In this document: in pieces, positions 11,482-20,276 of the stretch
Numbering within the stretch: position 1 is the stretch's first letter
How the letters are laid out: the number at the start of each line of letters is the position of its first letter
Source: an uncultured Gemmatimonadales bacterium
Lineage (GTDB): Bacteria > Gemmatimonadota > Gemmatimonadetes > Gemmatimonadales > GWC2-71-9
DNA: 64,000 nt
Direction: 5' to 3'
Assembly: GCA_963828735.1 (NCBI GenBank)
Contig: CAWHFW010000005.1
Location: 2,560,001-2,624,000 of the forward strand
The notes under the pieces: generated by a model
The model's database searches: none
What the model was told of the DNA's origin: nothing
The model's input: only the letters and a program-made list of their open reading frames with translations
Position numbers and translations under genes: made by a program

Positions 11482-11796
11482 TCAGCCAAGCCGGGCCAGA
11501 ATGTCGGACGCCTTGATGATGATCAGCTCGTCGTCGCCCGCCCGATAGGGCGTGCCGCTGTACTGACTGTAGATCACCGTGTCGCCTACCCCGAGGTCGA
11601 TCTTCACCCGCTCGCCCTTCTCGAATCGGCCGGGCCCGACGGCCAACACCTCGCCCTGGGTGGGCTTCTCTTTGGCGGTGTCCGGGATGTACAGCGGACC
11701 GCGCATGGTTTCCGCCTCGTCGGCCGGCAGGATCACCACGCGATCCTCCAGCGGATGGATCTTGATCTTGGGCTTGGCCTTGGTAGCAGTGGACAT
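11482..11796 (-). CDS. groS: Co-chaperonin GroES
   Basis: HPLEDRVV, YIPDTAKEKP, GEVLAVGPG; GGAGG RBS before ATG 11796. Confidence 0.96.
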   Translation of the reverse strand: MSTATKAKPKIKIHPLEDRVVILPADEAETMRGPLYIPDTAKEKPTQGEVLAVGPGRFEKGERVKIDLGVGDTVIYSQYSGTPYRAGDDELIIIKASDILARLG

Positions 11797-11883
11797 CGGT
11801 AGATCCTCCAAAGGCATTTTCGCTCACGTGGAGATGAAGGGGGCGGACTAGCGCCGCCCCCCTCGTTCGAGCTGAGCGGTCGG

Positions 11884-12198
11884 TTAGACGTGAGCCGCGA
11901 TCTTGTGGAACGTCGAGTTGGATACCTCGTAGGCGTTCACCTTTGGCGTGCCCTCGACCATCGTCTCCAGACCCTTCAGCACCTGGGGGTAGGTGTCGCG
12001 GCTATAGGCATCCGCGCTCTCCTTGCGATCCCACAGGCTGATGGCGACCGCGTCCTTGCCGCCTTCGCCGAGGAACGTGATCTCGTCCTGGAAGCCGTTC
12101 TGCTTTTTCAGCAGGGGCAGGATGTCCTGCTCGAACTTCTGGGTGAATTCCTTGGCGCTGTTGGGCTTGAGATTGAGAAAGACGTTTCGAGCGTACAT
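11884..12198 (-). CDS. Hypothetical protein, ABM-like dimeric alpha+beta barrel
   Basis: Clean 104-aa ORF with GGAG RBS; pattern ILPLLKKQNGF..AISLWDRKESADAY. Confidence 0.7.
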   Translation of the reverse strand: MYARNVFLNLKPNSAKEFTQKFEQDILPLLKKQNGFQDEITFLGEGGKDAVAISLWDRKESADAYSRDTYPQVLKGLETMVEGTPKVNAYEVSNSTFHKIAAHV

Positions 12199-12242
12199 AT
12201 ATCGAACTCCTTATAGCGGGTGCATCAGTTTGAACCGGTGAC

Positions 12243-12296
12243 TTCTACCAACTTATTGTAGAACAGCAAGTTACATTGCTGTACTACATTTGTCAA
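12243..12296 (-). promoter_or_regulatory. Sigma70-type promoter overlapped by inverted-repeat operator(s)
   Basis: Minus strand TTGACA (12296-12291), 17 nt, TAACTT. Perfect IR ACAGCAA-N6-TTGCTGT (12263-12282) and TTCTAC-N9-GTAGAA (12243-12263) in an AT-rich divergent spacer. Confidence 0.65.
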
Positions 12297-12372
12297 GCAG
12301 ATGGCCACTATTGCGAGCGTGGCGTTACGAATTTAACTTGGGACTGTTAATCGACTCTTGTGGAGGCGGTCC

Positions 12373-13230
12373 GTGGATGTCTCGTTCGTTGTCCGCCAGC
12401 GGCTGGACGCATTAGGGCTGGACCAGCGCGAACTCGCACGGGCCGCCCAGGTGACCGAGTCCTACATCTCCCAGCTCCTCACTCGGAAGAAGGCGCCCCC
12501 GGCGCCGACGCGCACCGACATCTACGACAAGATGGACAGGTTCTTGAAGCTGCCCAGCGGGGAGCTGGCGCGTCTGGCGGACATCCAGCGGAAGGAAGAA
12601 CTGAAGCGGGAGCTGGGGCAGGAGCCGCCGCCTCTGTTCGGCGACGTTCGCCAGCTGATCCTGCGGAAGTGTCACCCGGACAGGGCAGCGCAGGTTCGGG
12701 CGATTTTCGAGAAGCAGCCCTTCGGCGAGCTCGAGCGGCTCGTCACCCAGCGTCTCCTGGACGTGCTCCAGGCGGTAGCCAGGCAGGAATTGGCGAATGA
12801 CTACTGGCTCCGGATGGTGGCGGACCTCGGCGGCCGAACCTTCGAGGAGATGCGCGTCATCGTGCTCGAGTTCCTCGATACGGACATCTTTCACCTGTCT
12901 CGGGAGCACTGCGTCTCGTTCCTGGATCCGGTGGTCGAGTCCTGGGACATCGACCTGGCGACGTTTGCCCTGGACATCAGCTTGAACGCGAGGGCGGTCT
13001 CGGAGCACGAGAAACGATTCGAGTTCGTCGAGCGGGAGGCCAACCAGCTCTTCGCCGAAGAGCCCGGACTCACCGAGTTTCTCCAGGACGTTTCACTCAG
13101 CGGCACCGCCACTGAGGAGGAGATCGAGTTCCTGAAGCGGCTGCGCTTCAAGGCCAAGCGGCCTGCCGCGCTGTATTATTATCGGGAGTTACAGAACCTC
13201 AGGGATCCGCTCCATTTTCGCTCGCCGTAG
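12373..13230 (+). CDS. XRE-family HTH transcriptional regulator with long C-terminal domain
   Basis: VRQRLDALGLDQRELARAAQVTESYISQLL; GGAGG RBS before GTG 12373. Confidence 0.85.
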   Translation: MDVSFVVRQRLDALGLDQRELARAAQVTESYISQLLTRKKAPPAPTRTDIYDKMDRFLKLPSGELARLADIQRKEELKRELGQEPPPLFGDVRQLILRKCHPDRAAQVRAIFEKQPFGELERLVTQRLLDVLQAVARQELANDYWLRMVADLGGRTFEEMRVIVLEFLDTDIFHLSREHCVSFLDPVVESWDIDLATFALDISLNARAVSEHEKRFEFVEREANQLFAEEPGLTEFLQDVSLSGTATEEEIEFLKRLRFKAKRPAALYYYRELQNLRDPLHFRSP

Positions 13231-13245
13231 GTCGGAACCGCGCGC

Positions 13246-13274
13246 TTGCCGTTTGCCGGGCACGACGGTACCTT
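13246..13274 (+). promoter_or_regulatory. Putative sigma70 promoter for csp-rpsU
   Basis: TTGCCG-17 nt-TACCTT. Confidence 0.5.
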
Positions 13275-13322
13275 TGTGCCACATTCGGGGCGATCGCGCG
13301 CCCGATTTCAACGTGATCAGGG

Positions 13323-13353
13323 AGGGGCTGGCGTTGACGCCGGCCCCTTTTTT
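13323..13353 (+). terminator. Intrinsic terminator upstream of csp
   Basis: GGGGCTGGCG-TTGA-CGCCGGCCCC-TTTTTT. Confidence 0.8.
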
Positions 13354-13498
13354 CGTTGTTTTTCGTCGGCTGTCGTTCCTGGTGCAAGCTGCACCGCGGC
13401 AGTCGCGCCCCGCGTGGAGGCGCAATCCACGCCACCAGTAGTCGGCCGTGCGGCACGTCCCCACTCCCGATTACCCTCATGAGCAAGGAGTAGGAACG

Positions 13499-13708
13499 AT
13501 GCGCACCACAGGCACGGTCAAGTGGTTCAATGACGCGAAGGGCTTCGGCTTCATCACGCCCGAGGGCGGTCAGAAGGACTGCTTCGTCCATCATTCGGCG
13601 ATCCAGGCCCAGGGCTTCAAGAGCCTGGCCGAGGGTGACCGCGTTGAGTTCGACGTCGTGCAGGGCCAGAAGGGGCCGGCGGCGGAGAACGTCGTCAAGC
13701 TCTCGTAG
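13499..13708 (+). CDS. cspA: Cold-shock protein (CspA family)
   Basis: [15 protein letters not shown] (RNP1), CFVHHSAI (RNP2); AAGGAG RBS. Confidence 0.97.
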   Translation: MRTTGTVKWFNDAKGFGFITPEGGQKDCFVHHSAIQAQGFKSLAEGDRVEFDVVQGQKGPAAENVVKLS

Positions 13709-13744
13709 TAGCCCAGCCGCGGCGGAAGCCGCACGGCAGGCGGT

Positions 13745-13784
13745 ACGGCCGGCTCATCCGACGGGCGAGCCGGCCGTTTCTTCT
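13745..13784 (+). terminator. Terminator-like hairpin between csp and rpsU
   Basis: ACGGCCGGCTC-N11-GAGCCGGCCGT-TTCTTCT. Confidence 0.65.
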
Positions 13785-13819
13785 ACGAGCGAGGGACCGC
13801 TCTCGAGGGAGGTCGCGGG

Positions 13820-14020
13820 ATGATCGAAATCACGCTGGGCGACGATGACAACGTTGAGCGGGCGCTCAAGCTCTTCCGGCGGAAGGTGCAGAAGGCCGGA
13901 CTTTTTCAGGAGCTCCGCCGTCGACGGCACTACGTCAAGCCGAGCGCGGCGCGGCTCGTCAAGGCGGCAGCGGCCCGGCGGCGCAAGCGGAAGAAGCAGC
14001 GTATCCGGGAGTCGTGGTAG
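13820..14020 (+). CDS. rpsU: 30S ribosomal protein S21
   Basis: VERALKLFRRKVQKAGLFQELRRRRHYVKPS; GGAGG RBS. Confidence 0.93.
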   Translation: MIEITLGDDDNVERALKLFRRKVQKAGLFQELRRRRHYVKPSAARLVKAAAARRRKRKKQRIRESW

Positions 14021-14045
14021 TCGAATCAGGCTGAGCCTGACGTCA

Positions 14046-14086
14046 AAGAAGCCCGGTGACGACCTTGGTCGTGCCGGGCTTCTTCC
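14046..14086 (+). terminator. Terminator after rpsU (REP-like copy 3)
   Basis: AAGAAGCCCGGT-G-ACGAC-CTTG-GTCGTGCCGGGCTTCTT. Confidence 0.7.
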
Positions 14087-14526
14087 ATTGCAAGATCTCC
14101 AGAACACCAGGCTCCACAACACCTAACTCACGATCTCGGCGCCTCGGGAAAGCTGGTCACGGCTTTCCTCCTCGAGTTCCGACCGGCCCCTCGGCCAGTC
14201 CGACTCAGCCAATGTGTTCCATATCCCGCATCCCGCGGCTTCCACGTCTTGTCGAACAACGGCTTGTCCGGTCCGTCGGACCCGAGCTCCAGGCCCCGAT
14301 CCCCAAGAAGCCGGTCGAATGAGCGGCGGATCTTGGTGGACAGCTTCGCCGATCGGCCAACGAACTCCCGTGGACCGGGACAGATTGCCCGAACGTCCAG
14401 TGTCCTCCCGACGTACCGGGCCATATACTGGCGATTGGTCTCACTCCCTGGCCGAGATGAGCGCGCATCCCTGCTCGCGCCTGTCGGTACATCCGGGTAG
14501 AGACCTTCTTCACTTCAGAGGAAGCC

Positions 14527-15513
14527 ATGGCTACGAGCCTGCTTGATGGCCTCAAAGGCCTCGTGACGCCCGATTTGCTTTCGACCGCAGCGCGGAACCT
14601 CGGCGAATCCGAGGCGTCGGTCGGCGCCGGTCTCGGCGCGTCGTTCCCCACCATTCTCGCGGGCCTAGCCGGGAAGGCCGGCAACGCCCAGGCGATGCGA
14701 CCGTTCTTCGACATCATCAGCAGCCCCGCGAACGACGGCAGCGTGCTGCGGGACCCGCGGCTCGCCGTGACGGCCACGCCGGGCACTCCGCTCGGCGCGG
14801 CCGGAGCCCAACTGCTGTCCGGGCTGTTCGGCCCGCAACTCTCATCGGTCGGCGACGTCGTCGGTCGGTCGTCCGGGCTGCGCTCCGGTGCAGGCGGCTC
14901 GCTCCTGGGCCTGGCCGCGCCACTCGTGCTCGGAGTCCTGGGAAACCGGGTCCGTTCCGGCAGCCTCAACCCGGCCGGCCTGGCGAGCATGCTCCTCGGT
15001 GAGCGAGACCAGATCACGCGTGCACTGCCGGCTGGGCTGGCGTCCATCCCGGGCCTCGCCTCGATCCTCGGGGCAAAGGAGGTCGGACGGACCGCGGACA
15101 TCGCGACGCCACCGGTCTCGACGACCAGATCGCGCTGGCTCTGGCCGGCGCTTGCGGCCCTTGCGCTCGTGGCCGTTCTGTGGGGCGTATCCCGGAACCG
15201 ATCCCCCACCGCGGGGGAGGAGACCGTCGGCACCGTGAAGGGGGCGGTCACTGACGCCGGAGACACGCTGGCCGCGGCGGCCACCGACATGCGGTTCCGG
15301 TGCGGCAATCAGTCGGTCACCCTGGGCCACATCGGAGACCGAACAGTCCTCACGACCGACGTGGGAACCTTCGACGTGCGCCTCGTGAAGTCCGGGTCGG
15401 GCGCCAAGTACGAGGCCTACACCGATGCCTCCACGACTTTCTGGAACAAGGGCGACCGCGCGATGCTGGCGATCAAGGGCAAGCCGTATCCCGAATGCGC
15501 CAGGGAGCGCTGA
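14527..15513 (+). CDS. DUF937-like N-terminal domain, TM helix and C-terminal MliC/PliC lysozyme-inhibitor domain
   Basis: N-term MATSLLDGLKGLVTPDLLSTAARNLGESE..LLSGLFG..LGLAAPLVLG; TM WLWPALAALALVAVLW; C-term FRC..SGSGAKY..FWNKG..C. Confidence 0.75.
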   Translation: MATSLLDGLKGLVTPDLLSTAARNLGESEASVGAGLGASFPTILAGLAGKAGNAQAMRPFFDIISSPANDGSVLRDPRLAVTATPGTPLGAAGAQLLSGLFGPQLSSVGDVVGRSSGLRSGAGGSLLGLAAPLVLGVLGNRVRSGSLNPAGLASMLLGERDQITRALPAGLASIPGLASILGAKEVGRTADIATPPVSTTRSRWLWPALAALALVAVLWGVSRNRSPTAGEETVGTVKGAVTDAGDTLAAAATDMRFRCGNQSVTLGHIGDRTVLTTDVGTFDVRLVKSGSGAKYEAYTDASTTFWNKGDRAMLAIKGKPYPECARER

Positions 15514-15549
15514 TGCACACGCGGCCGGATCAGCCGGCAGGAGAACGTC

Positions 15550-16098
15550 ATGGGTACGCCACGGGGCCTACTTCCGTTGTTGGCGCTCGCTGGTGTCATG
15601 CTCTGCGGATGCGATGAGAAACGGACCCCATCGACTCCGCAAGCCTCTCCGCCCCCGGGGGCCGGCGGACCTTCGGACTCGGGCCTGAGCGCCGCGCCGC
15701 CTCCGGACTCCGCTCAAAGCGCCGCGGCGGCGGCCGCGGCCTCGACCTCGTCCACCGACCTGATGGATGTCACGTGGGAGTGGGCCCGGTTCACGACGCC
15801 GGTCGAGCAGATGGACATCGACGCGCCCGAGCGATACACGGTCCGATTCGGGCGCGATGGACACCTCGCGCTGCGGGCCGATTGCAACCGGGGGACGGGA
15901 GCCTACACCATGAGCCCCGACCGTCAGCTGACGCTCAAGCCGGTCGCGCTGACGCGCGCGGTGTGCGCGAAGGGATCGCTGTCGGATCGGTTCGCCAAGG
16001 AGGTCGGTCGGGCGACGAGCTTCTTCATGAAGGACGGCGATCTGTTCCTGGAGCTGCCGGTCGACTCCGGGACGTTGCGATTCCGCCGTCAGCCATGA
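15550..16098 (+). CDS. META-domain (HslJ-like) lipoprotein
   Basis: Lipobox LCGC; YTVRFGRDG..ADCNRGTGAY..LTRAVC. Confidence 0.8.
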   Translation: MGTPRGLLPLLALAGVMLCGCDEKRTPSTPQASPPPGAGGPSDSGLSAAPPPDSAQSAAAAAAASTSSTDLMDVTWEWARFTTPVEQMDIDAPERYTVRFGRDGHLALRADCNRGTGAYTMSPDRQLTLKPVALTRAVCAKGSLSDRFAKEVGRATSFFMKDGDLFLELPVDSGTLRFRRQP

Positions 16099-16208
16099 CC
16101 GACACGGGAGGGTGATCGCCCCGCGGCCCCAGGGTCCGGCTGGCCCGTGCCTCTTGTGTGGCTCGTGTTCGGGCCGGCAAATTGGCGGTAATCCCACCCG
16201 GCCCGGTC

Positions 16209-16784
16209 ATGGACGATCGACAGCTCGATATCGGCGAGGTCACGCGGCTGTTGCGGGCCGCGAACGAGGGGGAGGGCGCCGCGCTCGAGCGGCTCGTCCC
16301 CCTCGTGTACGACGATCTCCGGCGGCTCGCGCAGCGGCAGTTGGGACGGGAGTATGGGGAGCGCACGCTCAATGCCACCGCCCTCGTGCACGAGTCCTAC
16401 CTCAAGCTCGGCGCGATCGGTCTGGTGGCCAGGGACCGGGCGCACTTCCTGGCCATCGCCGCCCGCGCAATGCGGCAGGTCCTGGTGGACCATGCCCGCG
16501 ATCGGAAAGCCGCCAAGCGCGGCGGCGGGGTCTGGGAGCGCACCACCCTCACCGATGGCGCGTGGGCGAGGGAATTCGATCCCGACGGCATGCTCATGCT
16601 GGACGAGGCGCTGACCGAGCTCGAGCCGCGCCAGCGCCAGGTGGTCGAGTGCCGGTTCTTCGGTGGAATGGAGGAGCAGGAGATCGCGGCGGCGCTGGGC
16701 GTCTCCGAGCGGACCGTGCACCGCGATTGGATCAAGGCCCGCGCGTGGCTGCACCGCTACTTCTATCCCGAGCCTACCGTGTGA
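16209..16784 (+). CDS. ECF sigma factor, TIGR02999-like (kinase-associated)
   Basis: EVTRLL..LVPLVYDDLRRLA..TLNATALVHESYLKL..AMRQVLVDHAR..KRGG..VECRFFGG..VSERTVHRDW. Confidence 0.93.
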   Translation: MDDRQLDIGEVTRLLRAANEGEGAALERLVPLVYDDLRRLAQRQLGREYGERTLNATALVHESYLKLGAIGLVARDRAHFLAIAARAMRQVLVDHARDRKAAKRGGGVWERTTLTDGAWAREFDPDGMLMLDEALTELEPRQRQVVECRFFGGMEEQEIAAALGVSERTVHRDWIKARAWLHRYFYPEPTV

Positions 16785-18727
16785 CCGCGCCCCTCGAGCA
16801 GAAGATCCGCTTTTGCACGTCCAGCGACGGCGTGCGCATCGCGCACGCCACGGTCGGGACGGGCCCCCCAGTGGTGAAGGCCGCGAACTGGCTCAGCCAT
16901 CTCGAGTTCGATATGCAGAGCCCGGTCTGGCGCCATTGGATCCGGGAGCTGTCCCGCGATCATACGCTGGTCCGCTACGACGAGCGAGGCTGTGGGCTGT
17001 CCGAGCGGGACATCGACGAGTTTTCCCTCGACGCCTGGGTGAGGGACCTCGAGGCCGTGGTGGACGCGCTGGAGCTCGAGCGATTCCCACTCCTCGGGAT
17101 CTCGCAGGGTGGTCCCATCGCGATCGCGTACGCCATCCGCCATCCGGAGCGTGTGAGCGGGCTCATCCTCTACGGATCCTACTCACGGGGGCGCTCGTTC
17201 CGGCCTCTCTCCGAGAGCCAGCGTGAGGAGCGGGAGCTGATGCTGCGGATGATCGCAGTGGGGTGGGGCCAGGACCACGCCGCGTTCCGCCAGGTGTTCA
17301 CCAGCCTCTTCATTCCGGACGCAACGCCCGAGCAGGCCCAGTGGTTCAACGAGCTCCAGCGGGTCTCGGCCACGCCGCAAACCGCCGCTCGCATCGTTGG
17401 GGGGTTCGACACGCTCGATGTTCGCGCGCTGGCACGGCGGATCGATACGCCGACCCTCGTCCTCCACGCCAAGGACGATCTCCGGGTGCCGTTCGAGGAG
17501 GGCCGGCTGCTCGCGTCCTTGATCCCGGGCGCTCGCTTCGTGCCGCTCGACGGCCACAACCACATCCTGCTCGAAAGCGAGTCGGCGTGGCCCCGGTTTC
17601 TGCACGAGGTCAGGGACTTCCTCGGTGTGGAGCAGACCCATCCGACGATCGAGCCGCCGCGTCGAGCGTCCGCGCCCGTCGACGTTGCCCTTCGGCGCCG
17701 GGTCGAAGCGGTATTCGACGAGGCGATGGAGCTGGCATCCGCCGACCGTCCAGCGTTCGTCGCCGGCGCGTGCGCGGAGGACGCCGAGTGCCGGCGGGAG
17801 GTCGAGTTGATGCTGCAGCTCGCCGACCGGAGTGACGTGACGGGGAAGCTCGCGGCTGCCGTGGGCGGGTCCGCGCTGCAGCGTTCCGCCGTGACCCCGG
17901 GCCAGCGGCTGTGGCAGTACGAGATTCTGGAACAGCTTGGCGGGGGCGGGATGGGCGTGGTCTACAAGGCGCTCGACCGTCGGCTCCAGCGGACCGTGGC
18001 GCTCAAGTTCCTTCCCGCGTACCTGAGCGACGAGCACGAGCTGAAAGCACGCTTCCTCCAGGAGGCCAAGGCGATCGCCTTGCTCGACCACACCAACATC
18101 TGCGCCGTGCTCGAGGTCGAGGAGTTGGAAGGTGGGCAGCTGTTCATCGTGATGCCCTGTTACGAAGGCGAGACCCTGAAACAGAAGATTGCGCGCGGCC
18201 CGCTCGATCCGCGCCAGGCGCTCGACTACGCAGGCCAGATCGCCGCCGGCCTTGCGCACGCCCATGCCGCGGGCGTGGTGCACCGCGACATCAAGCCGGC
18301 GAACATCGTGGTGACCGCCGACGACCGGGTGAAGATCCTGGATTTCGGCGTGGCCAAGGTGTCGGACTGGAATCTGACCCGCAAAGGCGCCGTGCTGGGG
18401 ACGTTGTCCTACATGAGCCCCGAGCAGGCGAGCGGCGAGCTCGTGGACCACCGAACGGATCTGTGGGCGCTTGGCGCGGTCCTGTACGAGATGCTGGCCG
18501 GAAAGGCCCCGTTCGGCGCCGAGACTTCCAAGGGGCTCGTCATGGCCATCCTGAATCGGGACCCGGTGAACCTGACGGTGCTACGCCCCGGGCTCCCTCC
18601 CGATCTCGTGGCGGTGGCGGATCGCCTGCTGCAGAAGGAGCCGGCCCGCAGATATCGGGACGCCCGGGAAGTCGCGGCCGAGCTGGGCCGGCTCGCCGGG
18701 CAGGCAGGCGCATCCCGGTCCTCCTGA
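16781..18727 (+). CDS. Alpha/beta-hydrolase domain fused to a Hanks-type Ser/Thr protein kinase
   Basis: GTG overlaps the ECF stop (GTGA). Hydrolase motifs YDERGCGLS, GISQGG, KDD, GHNH; kinase motifs GGGGMGVVY, VALK, HRDIKPAN, DFG, YMSPEQ. Confidence 0.92.
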   Translation: MTAPLEQKIRFCTSSDGVRIAHATVGTGPPVVKAANWLSHLEFDMQSPVWRHWIRELSRDHTLVRYDERGCGLSERDIDEFSLDAWVRDLEAVVDALELERFPLLGISQGGPIAIAYAIRHPERVSGLILYGSYSRGRSFRPLSESQREERELMLRMIAVGWGQDHAAFRQVFTSLFIPDATPEQAQWFNELQRVSATPQTAARIVGGFDTLDVRALARRIDTPTLVLHAKDDLRVPFEEGRLLASLIPGARFVPLDGHNHILLESESAWPRFLHEVRDFLGVEQTHPTIEPPRRASAPVDVALRRRVEAVFDEAMELASADRPAFVAGACAEDAECRREVELMLQLADRSDVTGKLAAAVGGSALQRSAVTPGQRLWQYEILEQLGGGGMGVVYKALDRRLQRTVALKFLPAYLSDEHELKARFLQEAKAIALLDHTNICAVLEVEELEGGQLFIVMPCYEGETLKQKIARGPLDPRQALDYAGQIAAGLAHAHAAGVVHRDIKPANIVVTADDRVKILDFGVAKVSDWNLTRKGAVLGTLSYMSPEQASGELVDHRTDLWALGAVLYEMLAGKAPFGAETSKGLVMAILNRDPVNLTVLRPGLPPDLVAVADRLLQKEPARRYRDAREVAAELGRLAGQAGASRSS

Positions 18728-18840
18728 TCCGCGCCCAGCCGGTCCCCTGACCGGACAGCCGGGCGGCATGTCTGCCCCGGCCCCGTTCCTCCGCAGATAC
18801 CTGGTGAGGCCCCACACATCCTCCACCAGGAGCTGTCCCC

Positions 18841-20262
18841 ATGGCACGCCTGCGCCCCGATCCTTCCTTTTATGCATCGCCGTCCCTGGCCGCCGAGGCA
18901 CCCCCAGAGGACCTGGCCTACGTCGCCCTGCTGGCCGCCGGCGGGAACGGCCAGCCGCGACGCCCTCGGCGTCGTCGACACGAATCCCGCCAGCCCGACC
19001 TATGGCCGCCTGGTGGGCCGCACGGACTTCCCGCATGGGGGGAACGAGCTCCACCATTTCGGCTGGAATGCGTGCAGCTCCCACCTCTGCCCCTGGGCGC
19101 CGAGCGCCCACGTCGAGCGTCGCTACCTGGTCGTTCCCGGGACTCACTCCAGTCGCGCATCCACATCCTCGACACCAAGCCCGATCCCCGGCGCCCGGCG
19201 CTCGTCAAGATGATCGAAGGGACCGAGGTGATGGCGAAGACGGGCTACGCCGCACCGCACACGGTCCACTGCGGGCCCGATGGGATCTATCTGAACGCCC
19301 TCGGCGCGCCCGACGGGAACGGCCCCGGCGGCATCTTCATGCTCGACCACGAAACGTTCGAGCTGAAGGGCCGGTGGGAGCAGCGACCGGGGCCCGCAAT
19401 ACCTCGCGTACGACTTCGCCTGGCATCTGGGACAGGACACCATGCTCACCAGCGAGTGGGGCACGCCCAACATGGTGGTGGAGGGCGTGAATCCCGAGCT
19501 GCTGCTGGGCGGCAAGTACGGTCAGAAGCTGCACGTGTGGGACCTGCGGAAGCGCACCCATCTCAAGGAGCTCGACCTCGGCGCCGAGCAGCAGATGGTG
19601 CTCGAGCTTCGTCCCGCGCACAACCCGACCCGCGCCTACGGCTTCGTCGGCGTCGTGATCTCGCTGACGGATCTGTCGAGCTCGATCTTCCTCTGGTATC
19701 TCGACCGCTCCGACGGCAACGGGAAGGGCGAGTGGAAGACGAAGAAGGTCATCACGATCCCCGCCGTGCCGGCCGACGAGGCCGATCTGCCGCCGTTGCT
19801 CAAAGGCTTCAAGGCCGTCCCACCGCTCGTGACCGACATCAACCTGTCGGTCGACGACCGCTTCCTGTATGTGTCGTGCTGGGGAACCGGTGAGCTCCGG
19901 CAGTACGACGTGACCGACCCGTTCAATCCGGTCTACACCGGCAGCGTGAAGATCGGCGGCATCGTGGCGCGCAGCGCCGCACCCGTCGAACCCGGACAAG
20001 CCGCTCAACGGCGGTCCGCAGATGGTGGAGGTGAGCCGCGACGGCCGGCGCGTCTACGTCACCAATTCGCTCTACACGCCATGGGACGCGCAGTTCTATC
20101 CCGACGGCATCCGCGGGTGGATGGCGAAGATCGACGCAGCTCGCCCAGGGAGGACTCTCGGTCGATCCGCGGTTCCTCGTGGAGTTCGAGGACGGCCTTC
20201 GGCCGCACCAGGTGCGACTCCAGGGCGGTGACGCCTCCTCCGATTCCTTCTGCTTCGCCTGA
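18841..20262 (+). CDS. Selenium-binding protein SBP56/methanethiol oxidase-like; five apparent frameshifts (probably sequence errors)
   Basis: Stitched frames give [70 protein letters not shown] and GGDASSDS. Shifts near 18955, 19153, 19384, 19978 and 20140. Confidence 0.88.
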
Positions 20263-20276
20263 TCGGAGCGGCGGCA

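Noticed and set aside
14128..14424. 98-aa minus-strand ORF between rpsU and the DUF937 gene
   Set aside because: No motif or RBS; the region more likely holds the promoter of the next gene (TATACT at 14424-14429).
16112..16780. Apparent 223-aa N-terminal extension of the hydrolase-kinase ORF
   Set aside because: It overlaps the ECF gene out of frame; the coupled GTG at 16781 is the credible start. The same applies to the extensions 47434..48672 and 39039..40121.
18841..20262. Programmed frameshifting or phase variation in SBP56 and the ABC genes
   Set aside because: Too many shifts per gene, no slippery heptamers or long repeat tracts, and all are insertions; sequence error fits better.
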